Source of the DNA: Paraspadella gotoi
Taxonomy: Eukaryota > Animalia > Chaetognatha
Assembly (NCBI GenBank): GCA_051294375.1
Contig: CM119267.1
Coordinates: forward strand, 491,523 to 555,522
DNA length: 64,000 nt
Direction of reading: 5' to 3'
The notes below the pieces were generated by a model. That model was not told where the DNA came from, did not search any database, and saw nothing but the letters and a program-made list of their open reading frames with translations. Positions 49,029 to 62,406 of this stretch are shown piece by piece; position 1 is the first letter of the stretch, and the number at the start of each line of letters is the position of its first letter. Position numbers and translations under genes: made by a program.

Positions 49029-51702
49029 ATGATATCTTGGTCCAAAAATACCGGCGTCGTTTCCTCCAAACCCGGCGCTCTTTTCCAAGCTTTCGTCAAC
49101 GACGACGACGCCGTCTCGATCCCCGGCGTCGAAAACTTTCCCAAGATGATGAATTTTCCGAGCGAGGCTGAGTCGGCGTCGAGCCGACGAAAAGTGGCTC
49201 GATGGCAGCAACAACAACTGAGAAGCGAGGAGAGGACAAAGAAAGACTCGGCGCCTCCGCCGCCGCGAACCTCGATCCCCTCGACCACTCCTTCCTCCTC
49301 TTCCCCTCGCGCCACCCTCAAGGATCTCCGCGCGGAAGACAAACGCCGCGTGGCCAACCTCATCCAAGAGTTGGGTAAACTCTCGGCGGAAGGAGAAAAG
49401 TCTCGCGCCAAGTTGGAGCGAGAGCGGAAGACTTACGAGACGCAGATCAAGAAGATCCTGCGCCGTCACGACTGCGTACTGAGCGAGAAGCAGCGGCTGC
49501 AGGAACAGTACCTGGAATGCTTCAAAATTCTGCTTCAGTGTCAGGAGACGATAGGGAGCGGGAGGAACTCGGCAGCGACGGTCTCGACGAGCGCTTCCGG
49601 CGCTGGAGGAAGGGATGGAGAACAGGGAGGGTGAGTGTCGTGTTGCGAAGTGAAGGGGGGAATTTTATGTTCGAGAGATTATTGAAGATTATCCCAGTTT
49701 ATTTATAGTCATTGAATCTTCGAAAAATCTGTTTCACACCTGCTCTCAAATTCAATCACCATAGAAATATTCTGCTCGTTTCTGAAGATCTAGTCCCTAA
49801 TAAAGACTAATATATCAAGTTCACCCAGCCTATAGACAAACATATTAGGAATATTAGATTTAGGCCTGGTTCCAAAACCCGGACCACTTCTATTGATGGC
49901 GAGAAGGCCAAAGTTAGCGCCTTAACGACACTTATCCAACTTGCCGAACGATCCATTGAAATGATTCAAAGAGATACTCATTAATCAATATTAATCAATA
50001 TTAATCAATATATTTGCTTAGTGAATCAACCTCCGGAACCGGAAATGCCGAGAGAGGCGACGTCGCCGTCTCCACCAGAAACGCGACACGAGCCGACGCC
50101 GACGTCCAGACCGACGCCTCGAGTCTCGGCGACGATTCAACGCGAATAAAATCGTCCGGAACTAATGCGGCGCCGGGACGAGACTATCCGGTACCTTACC
50201 CATATACATACCCTTTCCCCCCTCCGTTTTATCCTCGATCCTTCTCCCCTCCACATCGCCTTCACTACGACAGACCTCATCTTCTCTACCCGGATCATTC
50301 CCGCGTCTTTTCTAATTTGAGAATGATTCCATCCGAGAGTTTCCCGATTTCGCCGGCGCCGCCTTTCGCGGCGCCGGCTTTTCATCCTTCAAATTACGAC
50401 GCCTTGGGTCGACATTCGGTGCCGGCGCCGCCTCTAGTTGCCGCCGCTCCTTTCGAGAGACAGGGAGTGATGTACGATACGTCGCCGATCTCGGACGGCG
50501 TCGTCCCTCTTCGCAGTGGTCCCGACTTTGCGACGCCGCCTCTTCATCAAGACGCTCGAGAAAACGACGGCGTCGCGACGATGGAATCTTTTCGTCCGAT
50601 ACAAACGGACAACTCTATCACCGTCCGTCAAACTCCGACGATGAACGAAGAAGTTGGTTCATGCGCGGCGCCGAAATGCGAACAGACTGTGGAATTCGAG
50701 ACGAAAAACGGCGCCTCTGCGAACGTGTCGCGGAAAAAGAGTGCCGCAGGGAACGTTGCGCGGGAAAATGGCGCCGTAGGGAGCGTTGCGCGGGAAAAGG
50801 GCGCCGCTTGGAGCGTTGCGCGGGAAAAGGGCGCCTCGGTCCAAGGAAAGAGGAAGACTGTTCACGAAGGAGCATCCACGGCGCCATCGTCGTCTTCATC
50901 GACCTCCTCTTCCGGCGAGTCCCTCGCACGATCCCCCAAAACGTCCGTGCCGACTGCGGCGGCTGAGTCGGCCGCTTTTTCCGGCGGGGACGGTGGCGGC
51001 GAAGGCGACGGCGACAAATCGCGAGAGAAACTGACCGAGTTGCGAGAGGCTCTCCGGAGAGAACAGGACAAACTCCGGACCAAACTCGCTCGTCAGGAGC
51101 GCTACATTCGTAAAAAGGAAAAGCAGTTGAGGCGAACGGGCAACAACGAAGGCGACTCCGGACGAGCGGACAATGCCCGCCAACCATTGGACGACGCTGA
51201 CAGCGACGACTTCTGCGATGGACGGCGACGACGACGACGACCCCTGACGTCGAGGAGAAATGATTCTAGACCAAAATCGAAGGAGCGATTGGCCGATTTA
51301 GTCGACAGCATCGAGTCGAGCGATCGAGAGAGGATCGAACGCTCGGCCTTTCCGCTTCCTCTGAAATCCAGCACCATGATCGACTTGGCTCGCGATGGCG
51401 ATGGGAGAGACGTGTTGAGGGATCGGAAAGGTCCTAGCGCCGCTGGTGGAAATGCTCAGAAATGCAACGAAATGATGAACAGGAAGCCGATGGCGGCGCT
51501 GCCAAACTCCTGCATTGGAGGCGAGTTTCGAAAGCAAAATTTGAATTCCGGGATGCGAGATTCCAAATCGATCGTCGATCTCGGAAGAAGCGGCGCGACG
51601 AGATCGACGGCGAGCGGAGAGAGATCGAAGAAGATCGAAGAAGCGGAAACGAACGACGATCAAGAGAACCAGTTAATCAACGATATTTTTTTTCTTCATT
51701 GA
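49029..51702 (+). CDS. KIAA1328: Hinderin (KIAA1328)-like, 2 exons
   Basis: LKDLRAEDKRRVANLIQEL...LQEQYLECFKIL coiled coil and C-terminal ENQLINDIFF. Confidence 0.8.
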
Positions 51703-52300
51703 CCCATTTTGATCTCGTTCGCGGTTCCGGCTTTGCACGTCGCCAATCGAGCATCCATTTGGTTCCTTTTAGTGTTCCAAATGTTCACGTTTTGCATCAA
51801 GGATTTGACTTCAAAAAAACTTTCTAGTCTTTCCACCAAATTCTTAAAAACCTATAATTTTTTTTTCGTTTTATTTTCATAGTTATTGCAAGTTAATACA
51901 GTTAGGAAATGACTTGAAGCGTACATATGCAAATTAGTAGCAGGAAATTCGAAGCAAACAATAATCAACAAACAAACAGCAAACAATCAACGAAACAAAG
52001 CTGCAAAAAACAACAAACACAACCTCGAAAACGAAAACAAAACTAATCTTTTTTGAAATCAACGCGGAATTCTATTCGAAATCAAAGATGCAATCAAAGT
52101 CGACCAACTGTAAAAGTATCTCACGGATTTTGTCGCAACAAATTCTCCATCATAAAGAAATGAAATTATTTTCAATACTTGGGAATCTACATCGAGGCTG
52201 TCTGCTCTTCTGACTCCCCTCCCCACTACACCCTCGAGACAGCGTCTCCTTCAACCCCCCCACCGTCTCTCCCCCTGCCGATGAGCCGGTGGCGCGGCCG

Positions 52301-54238
52301 ATGGCCCACGCCTCCTCTCCCAATCGCCCCGTCCGCGCCTCCAAATTCCGCCGAGACGTCGACGCCGTTAAATTCTCCGCCTTTCGTCTCATCCTCTTCA
52401 ACTCGATCGTCTGCGGACTCGAGTTTTGCGCCTCCGCGGGTTTCACCTACATCCCTCCGCTTTTGCTCAAGGGTGAGTTGGGGGGAGGTTGGAGGAGGAG
52501 GAGGAGGAAGAGCAGGGGGTGGATGGTTTAATTCGCCGAAGCAACTTTTCGCTCGGTCAGGCTAACTCTAAATTTGTATTATTCTTGATTTAACGTTTTC
52601 ATATTTTAATATGTTGTTTTGAGTATTGCCCAGAATATCATATAGAGTTATTTAACATTTGTCAACTTGGCGATGCTTTAAAAAATATATTCTATTTATT
52701 CTCTCCCCCCCCCCAAAAAAAAAGCCGGGATCTCGGAGCAATGGATGGGTATCACCCTGGGCATCGGGCCTTTCCTGGGTTTCTTCTTCGTGCCCTTCAT
52801 GGGTCGCTTCTCGGACGAGATGAGCGCCTCTGCGCCGCTCGGCCGCCGTAAGCCCTTCATCCTCGCCCTTTGCCTCCTCCTCTTCCTCTCCCTCGCGCTC
52901 ATCCCCAATTTCGGCGACGCCTCCGTCCGGCGCGATGACGAAGCCGAGACGTCGGACGGCGACTCCACGATGGCGGCGTCCACTGCGGCGTCACCCTTTG
53001 GCGCCCTCTTTCTCTGTCTCAGCGTCGTCCTCTTTGACTTTTCCAGTCAAGTTTGCTTCAGTCCCTGCGAAGCGATGCTCAGCGACATCAGTTCGAGAAC
53101 GGATCAGAGCGACCAGGTGATGGAGACGAGTTGTAATCTCCTTGCTATTTTCCTTAACAAAATGTTATCATTTGATTCTTGTACTAAGTTGTTATCAATA
53201 ACTTCGTGTCTACTTATGTTAACAACCTGGTTGCTTGTGATTTCCAACTGGGTGATGGCATTCGGATCCTCAGTGGCGCCTTCTGCTACATTACCATCTC
53301 GTTCTTCTGACGCAGCGTTAAGTCGATGGGACAGTCGATGGAATGAACGGTTGGGATGGTGCGTTTCACCCCCTAGTCCTTAGGATTAGCCGAGTGAAGT
53401 CGGCGGTGAGGCGGTGTGAATACATCGCCACAACATAATCTTTTGATCAATAAGCATAAACAATTGATCAAATTAAGCCAAATAAATATTTAGACCCTTT
53501 TTTCTCCCTACCTCTAAAGGCCTTCACCACGTATTCATTCATGGTGAGTTTCGGCGGCTGCGTTGGTTATTTCCTCTCTTCGATCGATTGGAAATCTTCC
53601 TCCATTTCGATCTTCTTCTCCTCGGATTCGACGCAAGAATCGATCAGCTTCTCCGTCCTCGCGATCCTCTTCCTCTTCTCCGTCGCCCTCACCCTCGTCG
53701 TCACCCGAGAGAGCGCCATTTCCGGGTTTGAGCGCCGCAAACAGCGCCTTCTCGCCGACCCGGACGTCGCCGGCGTCGAGGGCTTTTCTCGCTCCGCCAA
53801 TCACCGCTCCGCCTCCTCTTCCTCTTCCTCCTCTACTCCTTCTTCTCCCTCGCGCGACGCGACTCCTTCCTTTACCGCCGGCTCCTCTTCCTCCTCCCGC
53901 TCCACATCCCGTCCCCTTTCCCTCCACTTCCTCGCTCCTACCGCCGCTCCTTTCGCCCATCTCCGCCGACGCGCCGCTCAGGTCTGTCGCTCATCCTTTC
54001 TTCCTCGAGCGGTGTCCACCGCGGCGTCGGTGCTGCGGCGCCTTTTCCCCGCAGCGGCGCTGCCGCCCGTCTTCGCGCCGCTCCTGATCGCCAATTTCTT
54101 TTCGTGGTCGGCGATGATGGCGCTCTTCATCTTTTACACGGACTTCGTCGGGCGGGCGGTGACTGGCGGGGATCCAGGGGCGACGCCGGGGAGCGAAGAG
54201 TATGAGCTGTACGACCTCGGCGTTCGGGTGGGATCGCA

Positions 54239-54279
<41 letters not shown>

Positions 54280-55340
54280 GAATAAAATCGCCCAATGATT
54301 TCGACTTGTTAATTTTCCTTCTCTTCCACGACCTCCCAGGGTCTCTTCCTCAACTCTCTTGTCTCCATGGGCTTCTCTCTGGCCATGGACCGCCTCATGC
54401 GGCGCTTTCCTCCTCGCGTTCTGTGGACGTGGTCGCTCCGCCTCTTTGTCGTCTGTTCGACGGCGATGCTCTTCGCCTCCCACGTCTTCGTCCACTTCCT
54501 GCTCATCGCCGCCACGGGGATCCTCTACGCCTGCTTGAACGCCCTTCCCATCGCCATCGTCGGAGAGTACCACACGGATCAGGTGTCGAAGAAGTCCGCC
54601 AAATTGTAGAATGATGATTCGTTAATCAAACATTTAAAACAAAACTGGTGCTAAATATCATAAATATAAATCTTCTACGTACAGTGTATTGGACTGTGTT
54701 TAAATTAACACTTCAACGGCTTCATCATGTAATTTAACATCTAATGTATTTTATAATATTTTTAATTCACTCTATTCATAGTAATTTCATTAGAATCGAG
54801 CATCATTGGCATTTAATTCCTCACCAGTCTCATTGGCCTTAAATGATTTTTTAACTAAAGAGTGGCGAACCCTTTCCAATGTTACACTATCAGAATACGA
54901 CAATATGCAAATGAGATTGAGGAACTCAATCTCATTTCAGACAATTCACAAATTAATCTGCTACAATATCGCCTAAGGCTAGAATGTAAAGAACTAAATT
55001 TCTTTAATATGCAAGAGATATTATTTCCTCTCCATAGGCCCTCTTCTTCGGTCCCAACCGGAATTCCTCCCTGGCTCCGGATCGTGCCTTCCCAGGCGAG
55101 GACCCCGAAAGCGCCGATAGCCCCGCCCCGCCCCCTCGCGGCATGGGCGCCGATATGGCCCTCATCGACTCGGCCTATTTTCTCTCCCAAGTCTTCGTGA
55201 CGACCTCGCTGGGTTACGTCTCTTTTTGGACCGGGACCGTCTACTGCTACATAGTCTTCGCCGTCATTACCGCTATCGTCTCTCTTCTCGCTTTGAGAAA
55301 CGTCGTCTTTGACGCCTCGGAACTCGGTCGGTTGGGTTGA
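52301..55340 (+). CDS. SLC45 family sugar/H+ symporter (SLC45A3-like), 5 exons; start uncertain
   Basis: GLEFCASAGFTYIPPLLL, LGIGPFLG, GRRKPFIL, DFSSQVCFSPCEA, FYTDFVG, YDLGVR and GMGADMALIDSAYFLSQ. Confidence 0.88.
53215..53432 (-). mobile_element. Degenerate copy of the 255-bp LTR-like family (SLC45 intron)
   Basis: Ends ggcggtgtgaatacatcgccaca and contains cctcagtggcgcc and gggatggtg blocks collinear with 63347-63601. Confidence 0.55.
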
Positions 55341-55984
55341 TGGCCTCGTTTGGGGGTGAAGAATGGCCGGTAGGAGGAGAGGAATGGCCGTTTGGGGAGA
55401 GGAATGGCCGGTTGGAGGACAGCGGCCTTTTACTTAATGGGATTGGTAATTGGGTCAGGATTCAGTTCCCCCCGTTTTTTTTTCTTTTTTATGCTTTACG
55501 AAATAATTTGATATTATTTTTGGCCTTTTTTTTGGTTTACACCGATTAATTCGGTGAAGCAATACAATCTTTTTACAATTTACATCCTTTTCCCTGTTGA
55601 ACCTGTTAAACCCTGTGACCCAGATTATGGGATGAAATCCACTGTTTCTTTTCAAATTTTTAAATTTTCTAGCAAGCAAACAAGCAAGCCAAGACGAACG
55701 GGAAGATATTTTTTTTTTATCCTATTCTCACTGGATCTCACCAGGGAGACGCATACTCGCCGTTTTTTCTAGTCAGCCCACACGTTGATGTTAATGTTCT
55801 GAAACTTGCCAAATTGTTCTTTTTTTTATTATCGGTCTTGTCCGAGAGAGCATTATTACCTATATATCGATTGAACTTTTTTTAGAATTAGATTACTAAT
55901 TTTTTTTTTCCTTATGAAAAATCTCCCATTTCTGCATGCCCGCAGATTTTTATGATTTTTTTTTTTGTCTTTGCGGAGACGCAA

Positions 55985-56170
55985 CTTCTCGATTTATAAT
56001 ATCGTCGCTTTGCGACCTTCCGGTCCACCGAAATGGCACCAAAATGGCATCTAATGGCACCGAAATGGCATCTAGTAATGTCTTCTCGATTTTATCGTCG
56101 CTTTCTTTGCCACCTTCCGGTCCACCAAAATGGCATCTAATGCCATCGAATGGCATCTAATAATGTCCTC
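55985..56170 (+). repeat. Imperfect ~95-bp direct repeat with aaatggca sub-repeats, in a spacer
   Basis: ccttccggtccacc...aaatggcatcta occurs twice. Confidence 0.7.
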
Positions 56171-56280
56171 GAAAAGAGAATTTATCCGTTGCCCCGTGTT
56201 TCTTTTTCTATTCTACGAGTCTACAGCATTATCTATCTCTTTTTAGGAAAACGCTTTCTTTTTAAAACAATTTTTAAAAA

Positions 56281-59200
56281 ATGACAAAAAGCAATCAAAA
56301 GATGGGGACCGGACGCCCTCATCGGAACTCCTCCTCCGGTAAATCGGCGTCGCCTTCCGCCTCCTCGAACCGTCCCCACCCGCCGACCCCAAGCTCGCGT
56401 CGCGACAGCGTTTCTTCTCTCACGTCGGAGGCGTCACAGGATCTCACGTCCTCACGTTTCTCTCTCCTAGCGGCGAAAGAAAGAAGCTTTTACGGGGGCG
56501 AGTCCCGCTTGGATTGGGTCGCCGTCCTCGTCCTCTTCGGCCTCGTCTATCTCGGCGCCCTCTCTCGGTTCCACGGGATCGCGGAACCCGATCACGTCTG
56601 TTGGGACGAGGCGCACTTTGGGAAGCACGCCACTTGGTGAGCGAGGCGGTGGTTGGGGGGGGGGGAGAGGGTGGAGAGAGAAAGGCCACTCATCGGTAGT
56701 TGAGATATGGCAATATGTAAAAAAGATTAAGAAACTCTATCCCATTTGAAATAAAGCAAAAGTTATTCTAGTTATTCTTCTACCTAGTATCTTTTGGTGT
56801 TTTTTTTTTTTTTTGTGTGTCAAACATCGAACATCTTTTTTCTTGTCGTCCGTCTCTATCACTTTGAAATTATTATTATTATTTTCTCACGGATGAATGA
56901 AAAAAAATATAAAAATTGATATAATAAAATAACAATTTTTTTTTAGGTACATAAAGAATGAGTTTTTCTTCGACGTCCATCCTCCGTTGGCGAAGATGCT
57001 CATCGCTTTTGTGGGAGACTTGACTGGATACAACGGGTCCTTCGCCTACGATAAACCGGGCGACAAGTATACCGACTCTACCCAGTTTAAGGGTGAGATT
57101 AAAAATCCTTGAAGATTTATAAAATTTGACAAAATCAAATATCTAAAAACGTTATTTCCTTTGGTTTTTCTGGAGAGAGAGAGAGAGGCCAAATGATGAG
57201 GTCGCGTAGTTCCCAGATACTCATCGTTCCCATTTCATTCCACCTCAGGGATGCGTACCCTCTCGGCGACCTTGGGTTTCCTCCTCATCCCCCTCTGCTT
57301 CGGCATTGTGTGGCAACTGACTTCCTCGCTGAGCGCTTCTCTGTTGGGCGCCGCCTTTGTTTTGGCAGACACGGGGACTCTGACCCTGACCCAATACATC
57401 CTCCTCGACCCTCCCCTCCTCTTCTTCATCGCCGCCTCCACCTTCTTCTACCTGCGCTTTCTCGGCCACGCCCACTCCGCCTTCTCGCTCGCCTGGTGGC
57501 TCCATCTCTCGCTGACAGGCGTCTGCCTGGCCGGCGCCATCGCCACCAAGTTCGCGGTCTCTTCGTCGTTCTCCTCGTCGGCGTCGGTACCATCGCCGAG
57601 TTGTGGCGGTTGTTGGGCGACTGGAGCCTCAGCCTCCTTTTCGTGATCAAACACTTTATCGCGCGGTGAGAGTCCCACCCCCCACCTCCCACCCCCCCAC
57701 CCCCCACCCCGCTCGAAATTCACAAAAAAAAGACTCGATTATAAACGTTTAAGATTAAAAAAAAAATGCCGTCGCCTGATCCATTCCTCCATTCCCCCCC
57801 CCTCCAACTTGTCCGCAGCGTGGTTGGTCTGATCGTCATCCCGCTCTCCATCTACGCCTTCATCTTCCACGTTCATCTCGATCTCCTCTTCATCTCCGGA
57901 TCCGGCGATGGGTTCTACTCTTCCGCCTTCCAGTCTCAGCTCCGCGGCAACTCGCTCTACAACGCCACCATGCCGGCCGACGTCGCTTACGGCGCCACCG
58001 TCACTCTCAAGAATCATCGGACGGGCGGCGCTTATCTTCATTCTCACCATCACCTCTACCCGGAGGAAGTTGGGCCGCGACAGCAGCAGGTGATATTTAA
58101 ACTTTGGACAGGCTAGGATGGGTTAAGGACTCCATCACTCCTACCAGATAATGATATAACAGGTCCCTGCAAGCTTTCGATCACGACTCCCTCAAAGAGT
58201 ACCTCGCTTGAAGTTGTATAATGTATATTGTTTCAAGGAATGTTTCAATTGTATAAAAGGACCACTACCTAGTCCATTGTACTCTACACTAGCATGAAAA
58301 TGCAAGAAGCTGATTATTACTTTGTCTTTATCTCCAGGTGACGACCTACTCCCACAAAGACCACAACAACGTTTGGAAGATCAAGAAGTTCGACGTCGAA
58401 TCCTCGGACGAAGGAGGATCCATCGATCTGGTCAAATCGGGCGACTGGATTCGACTCGAACACGTCCCCACCGGAAGGAACCTCCACTCTCACCGCGATC
58501 CCGCCCCCATCACCCACAAGCATCTCCAGGTCACGTGTTACGGTCTCAAAGAATTAGGAGACGTTAACGACATCTGGCGAGTGGAGATCGTCAACGGCCA
58601 ACCGGGAGAGACGATCAAAGCTGTCAGTTCTAAGATAAGGCTCATCCACGTCGAAAGGGGTGAGTTTTAAAAGGAAGGGGGGGGAAGATATTTAAATCAG
58701 AAATTCATTTCTTTACATCTTTAAGATGATAATACTAAAATACATTAAATACAGTAAAACATTAAAGATGGCGAAATGTTCCTCCCCCCCTCAGGTTGCG
58801 CTCTTCAGAGTCACAACAAAAAACTCCCTAAGTGGGGATGGGAACAATTGGAGGTGACGTGCAATCCCAAAGTTGGCGACATGACCCACTCCGTCTGGAA
58901 CTTTGAGGATAACCACTTTCCCCGCCTCCCTAACGTCTCCTTCGAGTTTTACCGGCCATCCTTCCTCGAGCGGTTCGTCGAGTCGCACATGGTGATGCTC
59001 CAGGGCAACTCGGGTCTGAAGCCCAAAGAGGGCGAAGTCACTTCCCGCCCCTGGCACTGGCCCCTCAACCTCAGGGGCCAGATCTTCAGCGGGCGGGAGC
59101 ACTTCGTCTATTTGCTGGGGAATCCGTTGGTCTTTTGGTCGGTGCTCGCCGCCATCCTCGTTTACGCGGTGAGAGGGAAAAGGGAAAGGTGAAATGGAAA

Positions 59201-60135
59201 AGGGAAATGGAAAAGGGAAATGGAAAAAAGAAAGGGAAAGGAAAATATTAAAGGGAAATGGAAAAAGAAAGGGAAATGGAAAAAAGAAAAGGAAATGAAA
59301 AAAAGAAAAGGAAAGGGAAATGGAAAAAAATGGAAATGGAAAAGGAAAGGGAAATGGATAAGAAGTGACGACTCAAACCTTTCATCATTGATCATCGCTC
59401 ATCGATTTATTGTTCTCTTGAGAGAGTTGCGTTAACACTCTTAGCTAATTTATTTCAGGTTTAATATTAATTAATTGATATTCAAAAAAAAACCCAAAAA
59501 ATTCAAAATAAAATTTAAAATAAAAAAATATTCGCCTCTTCTCTCCCCCCCTCCCTTAGTTCATCGCATTCGTCATCAACGTCTCCCGTCAGCGTCGCTC
59601 TCTCCTCCATGACTCTTCCTCTTCCTCCTCCTTCTCCTCCTCCAAAGTGGCCGACCTCACCCTCGACCCCGACGTCGTCGTCGTCTTCAAAACTCAAAAC
59701 GATACTTTCCTCTCCGCCGCTGGATTCCTTCTGCTCGGCTACGCCCTCCATTACCTTCCCTTTTTTCTCATGGGCCGCGTCCTTTACTTCCATCATTACT
59801 TTCCCGCGCTGCTCTTCGGCTGCATGTTGACGGGTGAGTTGGAGGGGTCGGCTTTTTATTGTCCGTATTTGTAAATGAGATTCAATCTCTTCCTCTCAAA
59901 CCTTTTTTTCTTTTTAGGTGTCGTCATCGATTACACTATCCGCTTCCTCGTCCGTCTCCTCCCTTCCTACTTCGACTTCCTCGCTTTCCACGGCTTCCTC
60001 GTCTTCGTCCTCTCTTCCCTCGCTTACTCCTTCTATCTCTTCAGCCCTTTGGCGTACGGGGTCAAAAACGCCCTCAGCGACGACCCCGCTTCGGTCATGC
60101 ACGGCCTCAAGTGGCTCAACTCGTGGGAGTTTTGA
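56281..60135 (+). CDS. POMT2: Protein O-mannosyltransferase 2, ~8 exons
   Basis: [44 protein letters not shown] domains ([15 protein letters not shown]), [20 protein letters not shown] and LKWLNSWEF*. One apparent indel lies near 57555. Confidence 0.95.
58100..58270 (-). repeat. Dispersed intronic repeat family A copy (POMT2 intron)
   Basis: gtttcaaggaatgtttcaattgtataaaaggaccact is the reverse complement of the 5' end at 25523-25560. Confidence 0.7.
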
Positions 60136-60608
60136 CGAAGAGGTCGACGTTGTCCTTCCCAACTATGCAACCGCGAAGTTGCTCGTCCACTGGTGCTATC
60201 GCCACCTATTTCCAAGAAATACTTAGAACTAAGTTCGGATAAATTTCCATGTCATTTTTCAACCAGCGAAATCATTTTTTTGGATTTGGCGAAATGAAAG
60301 ACTTTTTCGCAGAAATGGATAAAATCATGGCCTTAATACAACAGTCACCTTCATTGCACAATGCACACGCCTTCCGCCTCCGGTGTAGTAGTCACGAAAT
60401 TCTATATTCTCAAAAAAGTCACTATTTTAAGATTTGGTTTTATGTTTCAAACGCAGTTCATATCCACGTCGGGATTCTTTTTTTCTATTCGTTTAAAATT
60501 TAATGTCGTGGGAAGAGGATTTTTATTCGGTATACCGTATTGGCAATTGCGTTTTTATTTATTTTTGTACGTCTTTTGTTTTAGCGTTGTGGCAAAATTT
60601 ATAAAAAT

Positions 60609-62057
60609 ATGAACGGAATGGCAAAGAAGGATGAGGGCGAGAATCGATCCTCATGGGACAAATTGCAGGATCGCGTTCTCATGGAACCCTTTGACTACGT
60701 CTGCAAGATTCCGGGCAAAAAGATTAGAACGAAACTCATTCAGGTAAAGTTCGTGTTCTTTAAATCATTAAGAATTATTAAAACCCACTTCAAAACCTCG
60801 TCAGGCCTTCAACCTTTGGCTCCGCATACCCGACGACAAAATCGCCGCAATCGGCGAAGTGGTGGAGATGCTTCACAACGCCTCCCTCATGATCGACGAC
60901 ATCGAAGACGACTCCATCCTTCGACGAGGCATTCCCGTCGCCCACAAGATCTACGGCGTCCCTCACACCATCAACTCCGCCAACTACGTCTACTTTTTGG
61001 GGCTGCAGAAGGTGATGGGGAATTTGAAGCTGGTGAATCGTGTGACTGTGAGAAATCGTTTCGTTTCTCTCTCTCTAGACTCTCGAGCTGGGTCATCCAG
61101 ACGCCACGAATGTTTTCACAAAACAACTTCTCGAGCTTCACAAAGGCCAAGGTAGTGAAAAAACAAAAACGTTAAAAAACAACGGTGAGAAGTTTTAAAG
61201 GGTGGGGCTTACAATCTGTCCTTTGTGTACTAGATTGGCGGGGTCGGTGAGGAGTTAAGATAATTTAAAGGGTCATCGCCACATCCTCATTTCTCATCAG
61301 GCATGGACATCTACTGGCGCGACGCCCTCGTCTGCCCGACAGAGGAAGAGTACAAGAAGATGGTCGTGCAAAAGACGGGCGGACTCTTCGGTCTTGGCGT
61401 CCGCCTCATGCAGCTCTTCTCCGACAACGCCTTCGACTTCAAGCCTCTCCTCGACAACCTCGGACTTTTCTTCCAAATCCGCGACGACTTTGCGAATCTG
61501 GGATCCAAGGAATACTCCGACAACAAGACTTATTGCGAGGATTTGACAGAGGGAAAGTTTAGGTGTGACAGAGATAGAGATATAGATAGGGGGGAGAGAG
61601 ACAGAGACGAATGTTTTTTTACATTGTGAATTTGGTACAACCAATATGAAAACTATTGGTTCATTTAATAAGTAAGCTATCTGCCCATGACCTTGCTTAC
61701 ATCCTGGTGAAGACCTCCATCCATTTTACGAGACATTCCCTTAGCAAGACCCTGTAAGGTGATTGGTTTTTTCCTCTCAATTTCCCCCTCAGCTTTCCCC
61801 TCATCTACGCCATCAAAAAAGGCGAAGATCCTCGCGCCAATCAGATCTTCAGCATCCTACGCCAACGAACGACCGACATCGACGTCAAGAAATACTGCGT
61901 CGCCCTCCTCGAAGAGACGGGCGCCTTCGCTCACACCATCCTTGTCCTTCGCGAACTCAAGACGCTCGTCGACGACCAGATCCGTGCCCTCGGCGGGAAC
62001 CCCTTCCTCGAGAAACTCATGACAGATTTATCTGCTCTGTACGAAGGAGATCGGTGA
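60609..62057 (+). CDS. GGPS1: Geranylgeranyl pyrophosphate synthase, 5 exons
   Basis: [48 protein letters not shown] and [12 protein letters not shown]. Confidence 0.96.
61625..61690 (-). repeat. Dispersed intronic repeat family A, partial copy (GGPS1 intron)
   Basis: ttggtacaaccaatatgaaaactattggttcatttaataagtaagctatc matches the family's 3' end in reverse complement. Confidence 0.6.
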
Positions 62058-62275
62058 CGAACCTTGGCCGGTCGGTCGGTCTTTGTTCTTTAAGAAACTA
62101 TCGTGATCAGTGATCTTCTTCTAGCCTCTCGGTATCCTCACAAAACAGAGTAGAAAAGTTTTAAGAGATCGAAAGTAATCTTTATGGTCGAAACAGGAAA
62201 AACGGCGACGAGTATGCAGAGCTCTCTTTCTCCCCCGCTCTCTCGATCTCTCTCCATCTCTCTCTGTCTCTCTAT

Positions 62276-62406
62276 TTAATAATCATCGAGTTCCTCCTCG
62301 TAGTTGACCATTCCTTCTTCGGTGCTGACATCTTGATACATTTGATATTCGGAGACAAGATCGATCATATTCGATTCCGCCTCGAAGAATTCTTGCTCGT
62401 CCATTC
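62276..62406 (-). CDS. Terminal exon of a divergent beta-tubulin (rest of the gene not in the window)
   Basis: The reverse complement reads ...ctacag|GA ATG GAC... = (G)[42 protein letters not shown]. This matches beta-tubulin [26 protein letters not shown] and is preceded by a C-rich tract and a CAG acceptor. Confidence 0.85.

Noticed and set aside
5130-57560. Frameshifts in the CENP-C repeat (~5135 onward), ADPGK (~47920) and POMT2 (~57555) as programmed frameshifting or pseudogenes
   Set aside because: They are single-base losses in otherwise conserved genes with no slippery motif (e.g. POMT2 aag ttc gc ggt for KFVG). Long-read consensus errors are the simplest explanation.
59169-59360. 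Purine-rich gaaatggaaaagg repeat ORFs (59220-59435 and its antisense)
   Set aside because: This is a low-complexity intronic repeat within POMT2.
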